A stretch of DNA of 64,000 bases from a virus. The translations under genes and the position numbers were made by a program. The notes under the pieces are model-generated. The model searched no databases. It saw only the letters and a list, made by a program, of their open reading frames with translations, and was not told the origin of the DNA. This document shows, one piece after another, positions 55,282 through 64,000 of the stretch (its first letter is position 1; each line of letters begins with the position of its first letter). The stretch covers positions 1 to 64,000 of IMG/VR virus record IMGVR_UViG_3300043256_000135; one strand, 5' to 3'.

Positions 55282-56451
55282 TTAGGAGCCGGCCAGCTGC
55301 GAGTGCAGCTTGAGGCCCTCGGGGGTATCCAGGGCTACCGTGTAGGCGCGCTCTGGGGAAAGGGTGGAATCGTTCTCCATGAGGCCCTTGGCGATGCCCG
55401 TGATCAGGGTATGAGCGTCGGCGCCTTCACCGTTGCCATCGTTGCTCGTGCCGAGCGTCTCGAACGCCTTGGCCATGCCCGCGTCCTTGGAGAGCAGAAT
55501 TGCCGTGACGTCCTCGCGCTTCTCGACCGGAAGGGTCTCGATAGCTTCGAGCAGGTCAGCCTTCGGGCCGATCTCGCCGGTCAGGTGCTTCAGCTCTTCG
55601 CCGGCCTGCTTCTCGAACCCGGCGCGCTTCGCCAGCTTCTCGGACTTCTCGACGCGCTCTTCGGCCTTGTCCGCGCGCTGCGCAGCCTTGACCAGTCGTT
55701 GGTCGTCTGACTTGAGGAACCTATCGCCATCGCGCGAGGTGTAAACGACGGGATCGGCTTCGGTCGCGTTCTTGACGATCGCGTCCTTGTCTTCGGACTT
55801 CAGGAACTCGCCCTGGCCCTCAGACTCCAGCCCGTCGAAATGGGCGCGCTGCTCGGGGGACAGCTTGACGATCTGCTCGGCACGCTCAGCGCGCTGCTCG
55901 GACTTCGCCAGCTCTTCGGGGGTGATCACCGTCTCTTCGGTGACCTTTTCTTTCTTCGACATGGTGATGTCTCCGGATTCGCCGAGGGGCTCGGCGGTAG
56001 CACTTGCCTGGGTTTCGTCTGACGCGAGCGAGGCAAGAAAGCCCTCGGCCAGTATTTCGTTGGTGATGCTTTCGTCGGCCTTGACCAGGGCGGATAGCCC
56101 GTGGCTGTGACCTTCTGCATCAGAAATGAGAATGTTGCCGGCATCGTCCATGATCCAGTCGTGAACGTGGCCGTCGGCGAAGCTAGTCTGCCCAGCCTTC
56201 AGCTCGGCCATTCCCTCGCTGGACGCACTGATCAGCACGATGCTGTGGGAGTGCCCGCCGGTGAAGGTGGTCATAGCCAGCCGGTTTTTCTGGATTGGCT
56301 CCACGGTGACAGTATCCGCCGCACGCTTCAGGATTGCAATGCGTGCAGGACCGTGGGCGGGGTTGTCCACAAGGCTGATTTCATCCAGGCGGAATTTCGA
56401 TATCCGACGCCGCCGCTTGGGCTTGACCGGATCTTGTGCATGGCTGCTCAT
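55282..56451 (-). CDS. Scaffold protein with N-terminal protease strand and HxH repeats
   Basis: LDEISLVDNPA; GHSH/GHVH/GHSH; coiled coil. Confidence 0.75.
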   Translation of the reverse strand: MSSHAQDPVKPKRRRRISKFRLDEISLVDNPAHGPARIAILKRAADTVTVEPIQKNRLAMTTFTGGHSHSIVLISASSEGMAELKAGQTSFADGHVHDWIMDDAGNILISDAEGHSHGLSALVKADESITNEILAEGFLASLASDETQASATAEPLGESGDITMSKKEKVTEETVITPEELAKSEQRAERAEQIVKLSPEQRAHFDGLESEGQGEFLKSEDKDAIVKNATEADPVVYTSRDGDRFLKSDDQRLVKAAQRADKAEERVEKSEKLAKRAGFEKQAGEELKHLTGEIGPKADLLEAIETLPVEKREDVTAILLSKDAGMAKAFETLGTSNDGNGEGADAHTLITGIAKGLMENDSTLSPERAYTVALDTPEGLKLHSQLAGS

Positions 56452-56867
56452 TCGTCGATTACCTCCAGGTACTCCCCGCCGATGGAAAAGCCCGTGTATT
56501 CGCCGTTCTTGGCCTTTTCGAGCAGCTCTGGGCTATCGGGAGCCATCGCAATCAGCAGACCAGAGTAGGGGGTGATGATGCCCAGGGCTTTCGCTATTTC
56601 GCTGGTCAGGGGAAAATGATGAATTACTGCGCCGTCTTGAATTGGCTGTTTGTTGCCGTCCCGCGCGTGCATGTCGCAGGCTACCCGTTTGGACTTGGCG
56701 AAGTCCGTTACAGCCTCCAGCATGGCCTGCTCCTCGAAGTGCTCGCCGTCCGAGTCGTAGAAGTCGCCATTCTCGTCGGCCACCTTGCAGATCATGGCCC
56801 AGCCGAAGATCAACCCCAGCTCGGTGCTGACCTTGAGAATCGTAGCGTCCGTGCGAAACTCAGCCAT
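56448..56867 (-). CDS. XkdF-like prohead serine protease core
   Basis: FGWA, DxDG, MH, YTGFSIGG. Confidence 0.8.
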   Translation of the reverse strand: MAEFRTDATILKVSTELGLIFGWAMICKVADENGDFYDSDGEHFEEQAMLEAVTDFAKSKRVACDMHARDGNKQPIQDGAVIHHFPLTSEIAKALGIITPYSGLLIAMAPDSPELLEKAKNGEYTGFSIGGEYLEVIDE

Positions 56868-57595
56868 TACAGGAGGGGGACGTACCAAACTTCAACAGTG
56901 CCGGTAAGCGTCAGGACGCCGGTGCCCGAGGTTACGGGGCTGGAGGCATTCAAGAACAAGTCCGTGGTCACTCCGGGGACTTCCGCGGCCCCAACGGCTG
57001 CCGCACCAGTGACAGTGCCGGTCGTGGTGCCGGTTGCATCGATCTTGCCGCGCAAGTCATCTTCGCCTGCGTTGCTGAAGTCGGTACTAGCTGTAACGAC
57101 AGTACCCACAGCCACATCGACCGTGCTGGCATCGCCGGCCAGATCACTGTGCGTGAAGGTCAGGGCCAGCTTGGTGGCAACAATCCGGTAGGCGGCCGGT
57201 AAATCGTCGGAGAGCTGGAGGCCTCCATAGTCGTTCGCGGCTGTCATGCTGAGAGTATCTGCGGCCAGGGTGACAGTCAACTTTTTGACCTGCGGGCCGA
57301 CTACAGCCACAGTCGCGTTGGTCGGCAGGACGGTGGGGTTGGTGTCCGCTTCGACGATGTTTCCATCGATGGCCGCCGCAGCACCCGCCAAGTCCGTATC
57401 CAGGGTTCCACCCGTCAGGGCGCCGGTCAGGGTCGGAGTCGTGAGGGCCGGGGTGTCGAAGGTTCCGGTGGTGACGGCCGGATTGGTCAGGACCGGAGTA
57501 GTCAGAGTCGGCGAGACGAAGGTCCCGGCGTCGACCTCGGGATTCCGCAGATCCGCGTTCAGGATGAGGGTGTTACGCGATAGTTTTCCGGCCAT
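56867..57595 (-). CDS. Virion decoration/fibre protein with PxLTx repeats
   Basis: SPTLTTPVLTNPAVTT...PALTTPTLT; paralog of 52946..53515. Confidence 0.7.
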   Translation of the reverse strand: MAGKLSRNTLILNADLRNPEVDAGTFVSPTLTTPVLTNPAVTTGTFDTPALTTPTLTGALTGGTLDTDLAGAAAAIDGNIVEADTNPTVLPTNATVAVVGPQVKKLTVTLAADTLSMTAANDYGGLQLSDDLPAAYRIVATKLALTFTHSDLAGDASTVDVAVGTVVTASTDFSNAGEDDLRGKIDATGTTTGTVTGAAAVGAAEVPGVTTDLFLNASSPVTSGTGVLTLTGTVEVWYVPLL

Positions 57596-57621
57596 GAAGG
57601 GATCTCGCTCTTGGGGGTCAG

Positions 57622-57653
57622 ATTCAGGATCGGCTTTCTGGTCTGTGATTTCA
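57622..57653 (-). promoter_or_regulatory. Candidate late promoter CAGAAAGCC-N4-CTGAAT
   Basis: Shared with 51595-51631. Confidence 0.45.
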
Positions 57654-57659
57654 AGCCGT

Positions 57660-58658
57660 TTACAGGATGGCGGCGCCGACCGCACCCAATTCGCTCAGTT
57701 TCAGGATCCGTGTTTGGACAAGGCACCGGCAGTTGATGTCCTCCAGGGCCACCCCAAAGCTGCCGGGGTGCAGCGTGAGATTGCCGGCGCCGCTCACGAA
57801 GGGCTCGCCGACCAGCCTCCGCTGGCCGTGCATGGTCCGATGGCTGGTCTGGGCGCCAGCCCCGAAGTCCCGGACCAGCTCATCGCCCGCCGTGGCCCAA
57901 ATCCGGATGAGCTGATCACCCTGGAGCTGGCCCGACTCGATCGCCTGCCGGTACATCTCGTCCGTGCCTTCGTGGGCCACGCGCAGGCCCTCGGTCCGGG
58001 CGATGGTCTCCGACCGCAGCTTCAGCGCCCGCTTGCGGTAGCGGTCCACCATCTTGTCGATCTGGGCCTGGGAGAGAGGCTCCCCGCGATTGATGGCCCC
58101 GCGGACCGTCCGGTCGAACCGGCTGTCGCGCAGCTCTCGGGCCAGGGCCCCGCGATCCAGATCCCGCAACTGTCGCTCGTAGTTCCGCACCCAGCGTTCC
58201 TGCTGTTCGGTCAACCCAATGGAACTTCGGAAAGCACGAGCGATCTCACGGGGGTTCTTGCCCTGTTGAATCCCGTCAATCAGGGCGGCCTGGGTAGACC
58301 GGCGCTGCTGCTCAGTGAAATTGGTGACCAGCCGCAGTTGGTTCGAGCGCATGGCCTGCACGGCCCGGGTGTTTGTCTGATCGAAGCCAATGATGATCTC
58401 GTTTTCCGTCAGGAAGTTGGCCGTATCGATGCCCGCCCGTACGAACTGCTCGACCCACACCGAGCCCAAGCGCGCGGCGGCAAGGCTGATGATCTCGAAT
58501 GCTTCAGCGAACCGGGCCTGCTCCAGCAGAATAGCCAGTTCATCCAGGCTGATACTTCCCTCGATCGCGCGCAGCGCGGCCAGGAACTCCCGCTGGAACG
58601 CGGTCTCGGCGCCCACGATCAGGGCTTCGATTCGGGATTCGGGATCAATAGTAGCCAT
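57660..58658 (-). CDS. Minor head protein (Mu gpF/SPP1 gp7-like)
   Basis: R.ETIARTE, W....D..VR..H, INCRC. Confidence 0.9.
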   Translation of the reverse strand: MATIDPESRIEALIVGAETAFQREFLAALRAIEGSISLDELAILLEQARFAEAFEIISLAAARLGSVWVEQFVRAGIDTANFLTENEIIIGFDQTNTRAVQAMRSNQLRLVTNFTEQQRRSTQAALIDGIQQGKNPREIARAFRSSIGLTEQQERWVRNYERQLRDLDRGALARELRDSRFDRTVRGAINRGEPLSQAQIDKMVDRYRKRALKLRSETIARTEGLRVAHEGTDEMYRQAIESGQLQGDQLIRIWATAGDELVRDFGAGAQTSHRTMHGQRRLVGEPFVSGAGNLTLHPGSFGVALEDINCRCLVQTRILKLSELGAVGAAIL

Positions 58659-58661
58659 AGG

Positions 58662-59478
58662 TCAGGGTATCAGCGCGGTCTCGACCATCAGAATTTCAAA
58701 GGTACTGCACACCGACGAGTTGGTCGTGTCGTTTTCCGTGATGCGAATATCGATGTCAGTCTTAGGTCCCACTACGATCGGCGCATCGAATCGATCTTCG
58801 ATGTACGACGAAGTGCCCGTCTCGCGTAACCCCATCGTACCGCGGAGTCGCCATGCACCGCCTCCGTTGCTATTGTCCCTGGTGAATAGGCCAAGCTCTA
58901 TTTCGGCCGCGGCGCCGCTCTTTGCGAAGTTGCCTTGCCAGGATGTAATAAGGCCGGTCAGGTTGCCGGCGATAGTGTACATAGCTTGCTGCGTCTGCCC
59001 CCCGGTCGGCACTAAGCACCGCCTGCGTTGCACCTGCGGATGCCAGCCGTATGGTAATGGTGCCTACGTTGGAGCCTGCACTACCTGCCGTTACCACGAA
59101 CGCGCGGAACACGCGCCGCCAGTCCGTGCGCGCGAAAGTCACGATCCCCGTGCCGTTCAGCGTGACAGTTTCTTCCGCCAACAACCAGTCGGTGCCGGCC
59201 AGCCCCTGAACCGTCAGCGTGAGCGCGCCGGTGGATCCACCGGCGCCGTCTTCGGTGGACGAACTGAGAACTTCCAGCGAGAACGTACCAGCCTGGAACG
59301 GGTACAGCCCATCGTCGTTCCATACAGTTTCAGGCAGCCCGGTGATATCCACGTCCGGGTTCTTGCCGAACTTGCGCAGGTTGGTAACTCCGTTCACGAG
59401 TCCCAGCCTCACAGCAACTTCGGGATAGTGGTCCCGGATCCATCGCCTCGACCAGCTCTGGATGTGCAGGCGTACCAT
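58662..59478 (-). pseudogene. Virion protein split by a frameshift in a G6 tract (58998-59003)
   Basis: KFG.NPDVD...ETVTLNG N-half and GQTQQAMYT C-half join in frame if one G is removed. Confidence 0.7.
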
Positions 59479-59482
59479 CGGT

Positions 59483-59869
59483 TTACACGGCCTTGCACAG
59501 GCAAGTATACATCGCGGCAGCCGGGTCGCGGTCCAGGCTCTTGATGCGGTACGTCGCATCCTCAATGGTAATCCTGTCCTGCACCTTGGGCACGGCCGAA
59601 TTCTGGATACTGTCGCCGACCAGCTGAATGATCACATCGCCGTCTTCCACCAGCGTGCCCTTGACGCTCTTGATGTCGGTGGAATCGATGAAGCCCTTGG
59701 CGGTGTGGTTCGTGCTTGTCCGGTTCTTGCCGCCGGTGTTGTTGCCCGTGCGTGCGCCTCCGGTGAAGCTGATCAGGACCACGACATGCGCCGGATCTTT
59801 CAGTGTGTTGTCTCCAATCTCACGCTTGATGATCTTCGAGACATTGATGTTGGCAATCTTGATACCCAC
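59483..59869 (-). CDS. Head closure/head-tail joining protein
   Basis: G.LV..GD, P...DRI.I, DPA.A.Y. Confidence 0.75.
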   Translation of the reverse strand: MGIKIANINVSKIIKREIGDNTLKDPAHVVVLISFTGGARTGNNTGGKNRTSTNHTAKGFIDSTDIKSVKGTLVEDGDVIIQLVGDSIQNSAVPKVQDRITIEDATYRIKSLDRDPAAAMYTCLCKAV

Positions 59870-60075
59870 TACAATTCTGCTCCTGTTAGGTGTCGCTCTG
59901 TGCGTTCATCCGACTTGGGGACTACTGTCCAACCATTACGACCGTCTTCTGTCTGGACGGAGGTCACATCGTAGGCGGAGGTCATGTCAACCAGGGTGCC
60001 TTCGTCGTTCACTTTCATGACCTTGAACTGGTCGCCCTCTTCAGTGGTATAGAGTGTCACATGTAGACTGATCAT
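59869..60075 (-). CDS. Small hypothetical protein
   Basis: Coupled to neighbours. Confidence 0.55.
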   Translation of the reverse strand: MISLHVTLYTTEEGDQFKVMKVNDEGTLVDMTSAYDVTSVQTEDGRNGWTVVPKSDERTERHLTGAEL

Positions 60076-60659
60076 GGGAGTCCTTGGCTCAGGTCGAAAT
60101 CGTCCTTGCTGTAGTCAACAACCTCAGTGGTGCCCCAGGCGCCGCCGGAAATGCCGCTGCTTTCAATGTAGCAGCCCACGAGGTCATTGACCACGGTGGG
60201 CAGGCGAGTTTCGCTGCCGGTGCCCGCGGTGCCGGTGAAGAATTCAACTTCGGCGCTGCCGGCCTTGACTCGCTTCACATTACTGCCGGTGCCAGTGCTG
60301 CTCTGTTCGGTGGCGTCGTCCAGAAAAATCAGGGCCTGTTCGAATTCCGCGTTGGCAAAAGCGTCGGGCGTAGTACCATCTGCAACGGCTACACCACTGC
60401 ACGCGGCCCCATCCCTAGGCCACTGAAGCGGCTGCGGCGTGACTGTATCCGTTTGCTCTCCCGACCATGTAACCGCGCGGTCAAGAAATCTCACTGCGCT
60501 AACCAACGCACGCTTTTTATTGGCAGTTGACGCATCAGTCCACGCATCAGAGCCCAGACGTGCACTGAAGTAGTCGTTGGCGTCATTGACTGGGTCCGCC
60601 GTGAGCGCATAAACGCTATACGTGTTTGAACCGATAGTTAGTGTGGATACTGTTCCCAT
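60072..60659 (-). CDS. Head-tail adaptor (DnaT-like ssDNA-binding family)
   Basis: A..YF..R, AL..A...LD, QPLQWPR, KAGS.EVEF. Confidence 0.8.
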   Translation of the reverse strand: MGTVSTLTIGSNTYSVYALTADPVNDANDYFSARLGSDAWTDASTANKKRALVSAVRFLDRAVTWSGEQTDTVTPQPLQWPRDGAACSGVAVADGTTPDAFANAEFEQALIFLDDATEQSSTGTGSNVKRVKAGSAEVEFFTGTAGTGSETRLPTVVNDLVGCYIESSGISGGAWGTTEVVDYSKDDFDLSQGLP

Positions 60660-60664
60660 GATTT

Positions 60665-61030
60665 CTACTTGGTAATGTCCTGTTTGAACTCGAACGTACC
60701 TTTGGCAATGGTTCGAATCTTACTGGATCCGTCCGTCTGTTGCAGGTCGAAGAAGTACTCGTTAGGGGTCTGATCCGCGTCGCCCGCCGTCAGTTCGAAC
60801 TGCACCACCCCGTTGGGGCCGTCCGTAATAGTCCCGGTCAACTGGAATAGGTTATTCACAGAGTCCACTGGCTCATCAGACGGATCCACGGTCAGCAAGT
60901 ACGAGAAACCGGTAATGGGTTCTGGAGTCACGCCGTCCGCCTTTAGGATTGTGAAGGTCCAGGGAGTCGTGTCGCCCCGGCTAATGCACAGGTCGATCGC
61001 GACCGGGCAAATGTTCAGAAGTATGGCCAT
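60665..61030 (-). CDS. Virion structural protein (BppU N-like)
   Basis: RGDT...FT...G.V.F.L...T...YF.DLQ...TIAKG. Confidence 0.7.
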   Translation of the reverse strand: MAILLNICPVAIDLCISRGDTTPWTFTILKADGVTPEPITGFSYLLTVDPSDEPVDSVNNLFQLTGTITDGPNGVVQFELTAGDADQTPNEYFFDLQQTDGSSKIRTIAKGTFEFKQDITK

Positions 61031-62391
61031 TAGATGCTCACCCCTATGTTTGAGGCCGGCAGAATCACATCAACGTTCAAGTCGGCCAGTACTACGTCTA
61101 CATTGACGACAGGGCCGGCCCCAATAATACCGAGTTTGATTGCGGTAGTCTCAGGGATCTCGACTGTCTCATCAATAACCCGAGTCATTGCCCGAGAGGC
61201 TTGGATCTGCTCCACGATCTCGACCGTCTCGTTCACCAATCGCACCATCGCCCGCAGCCGAAGAGTGGTTTCCACGATCTCGATCACTTCATTCACTATC
61301 TGGACCGTACCCAGCACTCGGTTCGTAGCTTCGACGATCTGAATGACCTCATTCACTATCTGGACCGTACCCAGCACTCGGTTCGTAGCTTCGACGATCT
61401 GCTCTATCTCATCGACCAAACGAACCATGGTCCTGGGACGAACTGTCGTCTCGACTATCTCTACCACCTCGTTCATCATGCGAGTCATGGCCAAGTGCTG
61501 CTCGACAGTCTCAGAAATCTCCTCGACTTCGTTGATTACTTGCACAAGTGCTGCCCCAGCAGGGGGTGCTACTGCTAAGGTCCGGCTGCGCAGCTCGAAC
61601 ATGCGCAGCGGATGAGCGGCCATTGCCTTGATCTCGCTCTCCGCAAGGGCCCGCGTGTACACACGGACATCGTCGATCATCCCGTTGTACTCGCCATAGG
61701 GGTCTCCACCGTTGCGGGCAATGGCTGTTCCACGAACAAGAGTGTTATCAATCGTTCCGGTCTTGGAAATAGATCCAGACTGAACGCCGTTGACATAGAT
61801 CCGCATCTCAGCACCGTCATACCGAAATGCTAAGTGGGTCCACAGCCCCTCCGGCGCACCCTCGCCAGAGTTAGCTACTTGTGTTGATGTAGATCCCCCG
61901 GCCTTCAAACGCCAACGCACTTGGCCGTCGGTACTGGCGTACGACAGCATGAAAACATGATCCGCTTCTTGGACACCATTGGCCTTCACGAAGATACGCA
62001 TATCTCCGGGGCCGATGTTATCAGGCTTTAGCCACACACAGAGGGTGCACTCACTGACAGCAGAACCGTCGGGCGTCTCGATCTGGAAGTTGTCGCCATC
62101 GTCGATGGCCAGATAACCACCATTAGTACCGTCACCATCAAAATCTATCCCTGGTCCCTTGCTGCTCGCTCGCCACGTTGGAAGATTGGTTCCTGCGAAA
62201 GTGGCGTCATGTCTTCCCCGTGAACTGGGAGCTAGATTGGGGACGACCAAACCTGTATAACCCAATCCAGGCACCCACGCTCCAATCAAGCCCACCCAGT
62301 CTTCCGGAAACCGAGATTCCCCAGGACTGCGAGCGAAGCCCTGCCTGTAGCTAGGGCGCCGCGCTAGTTGGTGAAATGTTGTAACACCCAT
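61030..62391 (-). CDS. LamG/concanavalin-like virion protein with 20-aa C-terminal repeats
   Basis: WTHLA..YDG..MRIYVNG, G.IDDVRVY.RAL. Confidence 0.85.
   Translation of the reverse strand: MGVTTFHQLARRPSYRQGFARSPGESRFPEDWVGLIGAWVPGLGYTGLVVPNLAPSSRGRHDATFAGTNLPTWRASSKGPGIDFDGDGTNGGYLAIDDGDNFQIETPDGSAVSECTLCVWLKPDNIGPGDMRIFVKANGVQEADHVFMLSYASTDGQVRWRLKAGGSTSTQVANSGEGAPEGLWTHLAFRYDGAEMRIYVNGVQSGSISKTGTIDNTLVRGTAIARNGGDPYGEYNGMIDDVRVYTRALAESEIKAMAAHPLRMFELRSRTLAVAPPAGAALVQVINEVEEISETVEQHLAMTRMMNEVVEIVETTVRPRTMVRLVDEIEQIVEATNRVLGTVQIVNEVIQIVEATNRVLGTVQIVNEVIEIVETTLRLRAMVRLVNETVEIVEQIQASRAMTRVIDETVEIPETTAIKLGIIGAGPVVNVDVVLADLNVDVILPASNIGVSI
61289..61401. repeat. Exact 53-bp tandem duplication, 60-bp period
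   Basis: 61289-61341 = 61349-61401, within about 7 degenerate 20-aa repeats. Confidence 0.9.
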
Positions 62392-62393
62392 TT

Positions 62394-62906
62394 CTACTGA
62401 AGTTCAGGTGGAATTGGAGTCAGAATGAACGAATGGGACTCACTTGTTGAATCGAAGGGATCGTCCGTATCGTTATGAACTATCGGCGAGACGTAGCGGA
62501 ACGGGATCCTCACCTTCCCTGAGATCTTCATCTCGTTCCCTACGCCCGTCGAATACACCAACGCTCCATCCAACCACAAACAGTTTCGCAATTGGTCTGC
62601 CGTCATCACGCCTTCAGCTGTCGTCGTCGGATCGGTCGTTGGCTTGCCGTCAAAGCCTGTCGTGGTGTTGCTGAACGACAAGTAGGCTAGAATCCCCTGA
62701 CCGATTACGGGCACTGTGTCGAAACTGTCGATGAACAACTCGTACATGTAGAACTCGGAGCGCGGAGCGACACCGAGATCATGGAACGAGCCCATCACCA
62801 CGCCGTCAGCAGCCAGCCCACCGAGGTCCAGGAGTTCATCTCCGCCAGTGGCGGCATCGGTCCACGTCCGCGATGCCTCGGGATTGACGTAGAGCTTGTT
62901 GACCAT
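62394..62906 (-). CDS. Virion protein, tandem paralog B
   Basis: 170 aa, MVNKLY...PIPPELQ. Confidence 0.8.
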   Translation of the reverse strand: MVNKLYVNPEASRTWTDAATGGDELLDLGGLAADGVVMGSFHDLGVAPRSEFYMYELFIDSFDTVPVIGQGILAYLSFSNTTTGFDGKPTTDPTTTAEGVMTADQLRNCLWLDGALVYSTGVGNEMKISGKVRIPFRYVSPIVHNDTDDPFDSTSESHSFILTPIPPELQ

Positions 62907-63418
62907 TACTGGAGTTCAGGCGGGATCGGTGTCAACACGACCTTATGCGCATCCGATGTAGACAATAGAGCGTCGGCTGTGTTGTTATGAAGTACTGGCG
63001 CTACATACCGGTGCGGGATATGAATGATCCCCGAAACTTTGAGTTCATTGGCTGCAGTCGTCGAGTAGACACTAGCGGCATCCACCAGCTTGACATTTCG
63101 CAATTGATCTGTCGTCATCGTGCCTTCCGCAGTCGTCGTCGGATCCGTAGTAGGGTTGCCGTCGAAGTTCGTCGTAGCATTACTGAATGACAGATAAAAC
63201 AGCACCGACTCACCGACTACTGGTGCGGTATCGAACCCGTCGATAGTCACCTCATACATGTAGTCTGCGGGCTGCGCTCCAGCACCACGATCGAGGAACG
63301 AACCCATGACCACGGCGTCTGCGGCCAACCCGCCTGCATCCATGAGTTCGGCACCGCCAGTAGTCGCGTCAGACCAATCAATCGCGGTCTCGGGATTGAT
63401 GTAGAGTTTGTTGACCAT
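62906..63418 (-). CDS. Virion protein, tandem paralog A
   Basis: 170 aa, MVNKLY...PIPPELQ. Confidence 0.8.
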   Translation of the reverse strand: MVNKLYINPETAIDWSDATTGGAELMDAGGLAADAVVMGSFLDRGAGAQPADYMYEVTIDGFDTAPVVGESVLFYLSFSNATTNFDGNPTTDPTTTAEGTMTTDQLRNVKLVDAASVYSTTAANELKVSGIIHIPHRYVAPVLHNNTADALLSTSDAHKVVLTPIPPELQ

Positions 63419-63816
63419 CAGAGTGCCCTCGCCTGTGCTACAGTTCCAGCTCGAACTTTGCCAAGTCCCAATTCCTCAGCTCTGCTGACAGCTCTTTTCC
63501 GCAACACTGCAAGAGCAGCGATCGTGCTACTTCCAGCGCCAAAAATATCGATCATCAGATCGGCTTCTTTGCCAAATGGATTCAGTGTGCCCATTCCAAG
63601 CAAGCCAAACAGTTCTGCTTTTTTGTCAGCCGCCAGAACTGTATATTCCGCAGGAACCACTGCCTGAAGCACTTCTGTTGCTTCCATCGTGTCCCTATTC
63701 ACACTTCTATTGACTACGTTGATCTGATCCGCAGCCAACGCATCATTAGCGTCGTAGGCGCCCGTATCTGGATGGCCTGCATCCAATTCGGCGCGAAGGT
63801 CTTCTAAACGACCCAT
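63418..63816 (-). CDS. Hypothetical virion-module protein
   Basis: SRAEELGL C-terminus; TGATG coupling. Confidence 0.75.
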   Translation of the reverse strand: MGRLEDLRAELDAGHPDTGAYDANDALAADQINVVNRSVNRDTMEATEVLQAVVPAEYTVLAADKKAELFGLLGMGTLNPFGKEADLMIDIFGAGSSTIAALAVLRKRAVSRAEELGLGKVRAGTVAQARAL

Positions 63817-63819
63817 GGC

Positions 63820-63999
63820 TTATACCCCACTCATCTGATGATTCACGAAGACCTTCAGAGTATCCGACGAAGTCTTGGTGAACGAGGCCGCAAATTCCGC
63901 GTGCATGATCACAGGTTCCGATGCACCCGGAGACGGATTCGTCAAAATCAGGTCAGTGATATCAGCAAGGTTTGCATCAGCGGTAGCGTAACTGACCCG
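63820..63999 (-). CDS. Partial virion protein (3' end)
   Basis: ...FTKTSSDTLKVFVNHQMSGV*. Confidence 0.6.
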   Translation of the reverse strand, partial: RVSYATADANLADITDLILTNPSPGASEPVIMHAEFAASFTKTSSDTLKVFVNHQMSGV

Positions 64000-64000
64000 G

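Noticed and set aside
54238-59544. Long plus-strand ORFs (54238..55710, 57246..58829, 58390..59544) and similar ones elsewhere
   Set aside because: Antisense shadows of well-supported minus-strand genes in GC-rich DNA; no motifs or start signals
61289-63418. Diversity-generating retroelement TR/VR pair
   Set aside because: No reverse transcriptase; repeats are in-frame tandem duplications without adenine-specific mismatches
1-64000. Stop-codon reassignment or prophage/integration module
   Set aside because: Conserved genes are full length in the standard code and all three stops are used; no integrase, repressor or host flank seen

Overview
A 64-kb segment of a GC-rich tailed dsDNA phage genome (siphovirus-like; gene set reminiscent of YuA/M6-type and GTA-like tail modules). 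Almost all genes are on the minus strand. In minus-strand reading order the segment has five parts. (i) 64000-37380 is the virion module: LamG protein, head-tail adaptors, minor head protein, split XkdF-type protease/scaffold, major capsid, tail tube, frameshifted tail chaperone, tape measure, tail-tip proteins and an inserted endonuclease VII gene. Terminase and portal are not in the window. (ii) 37383-36196 is a small divergent gene cluster driven by back-to-back leaderless promoters. (iii) 36195-35780 is a non-coding region rich in TGTACA repeats and hairpins (candidate origin). (iv) 35672-16088 is the replication/nucleotide module: SNF2 helicase, two DNA MTases, sigma factor, SSB-like protein, tRNA-His plus a tRNA-like RNA, Dda/RecD helicase, DUF5664, PolA, dCMP and dCTP deaminases, primase-helicase, proteases and phosphoesterases. 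(v) 16030-1 holds accessory/early genes, including SprT, RNA ligase, HNH, SSB, a stand-alone GGDEF diguanylate cyclase and a holin-like gene. It ends in an array of tiny gene cassettes, each fronted by a repeated promoter element. The most notable non-coding signals are a genome-wide family of extended -10 promoters that fire directly onto start codons (leaderless), a frame-independent GTTCCAAGTTGG repeat array inside a gene, the hairpin/iteron region, and a candidate late-promoter motif for the phage sigma factor. No integrase, CRISPR array or reverse transcriptase was seen. All protein calls come from motif recognition by eye, not database searches.
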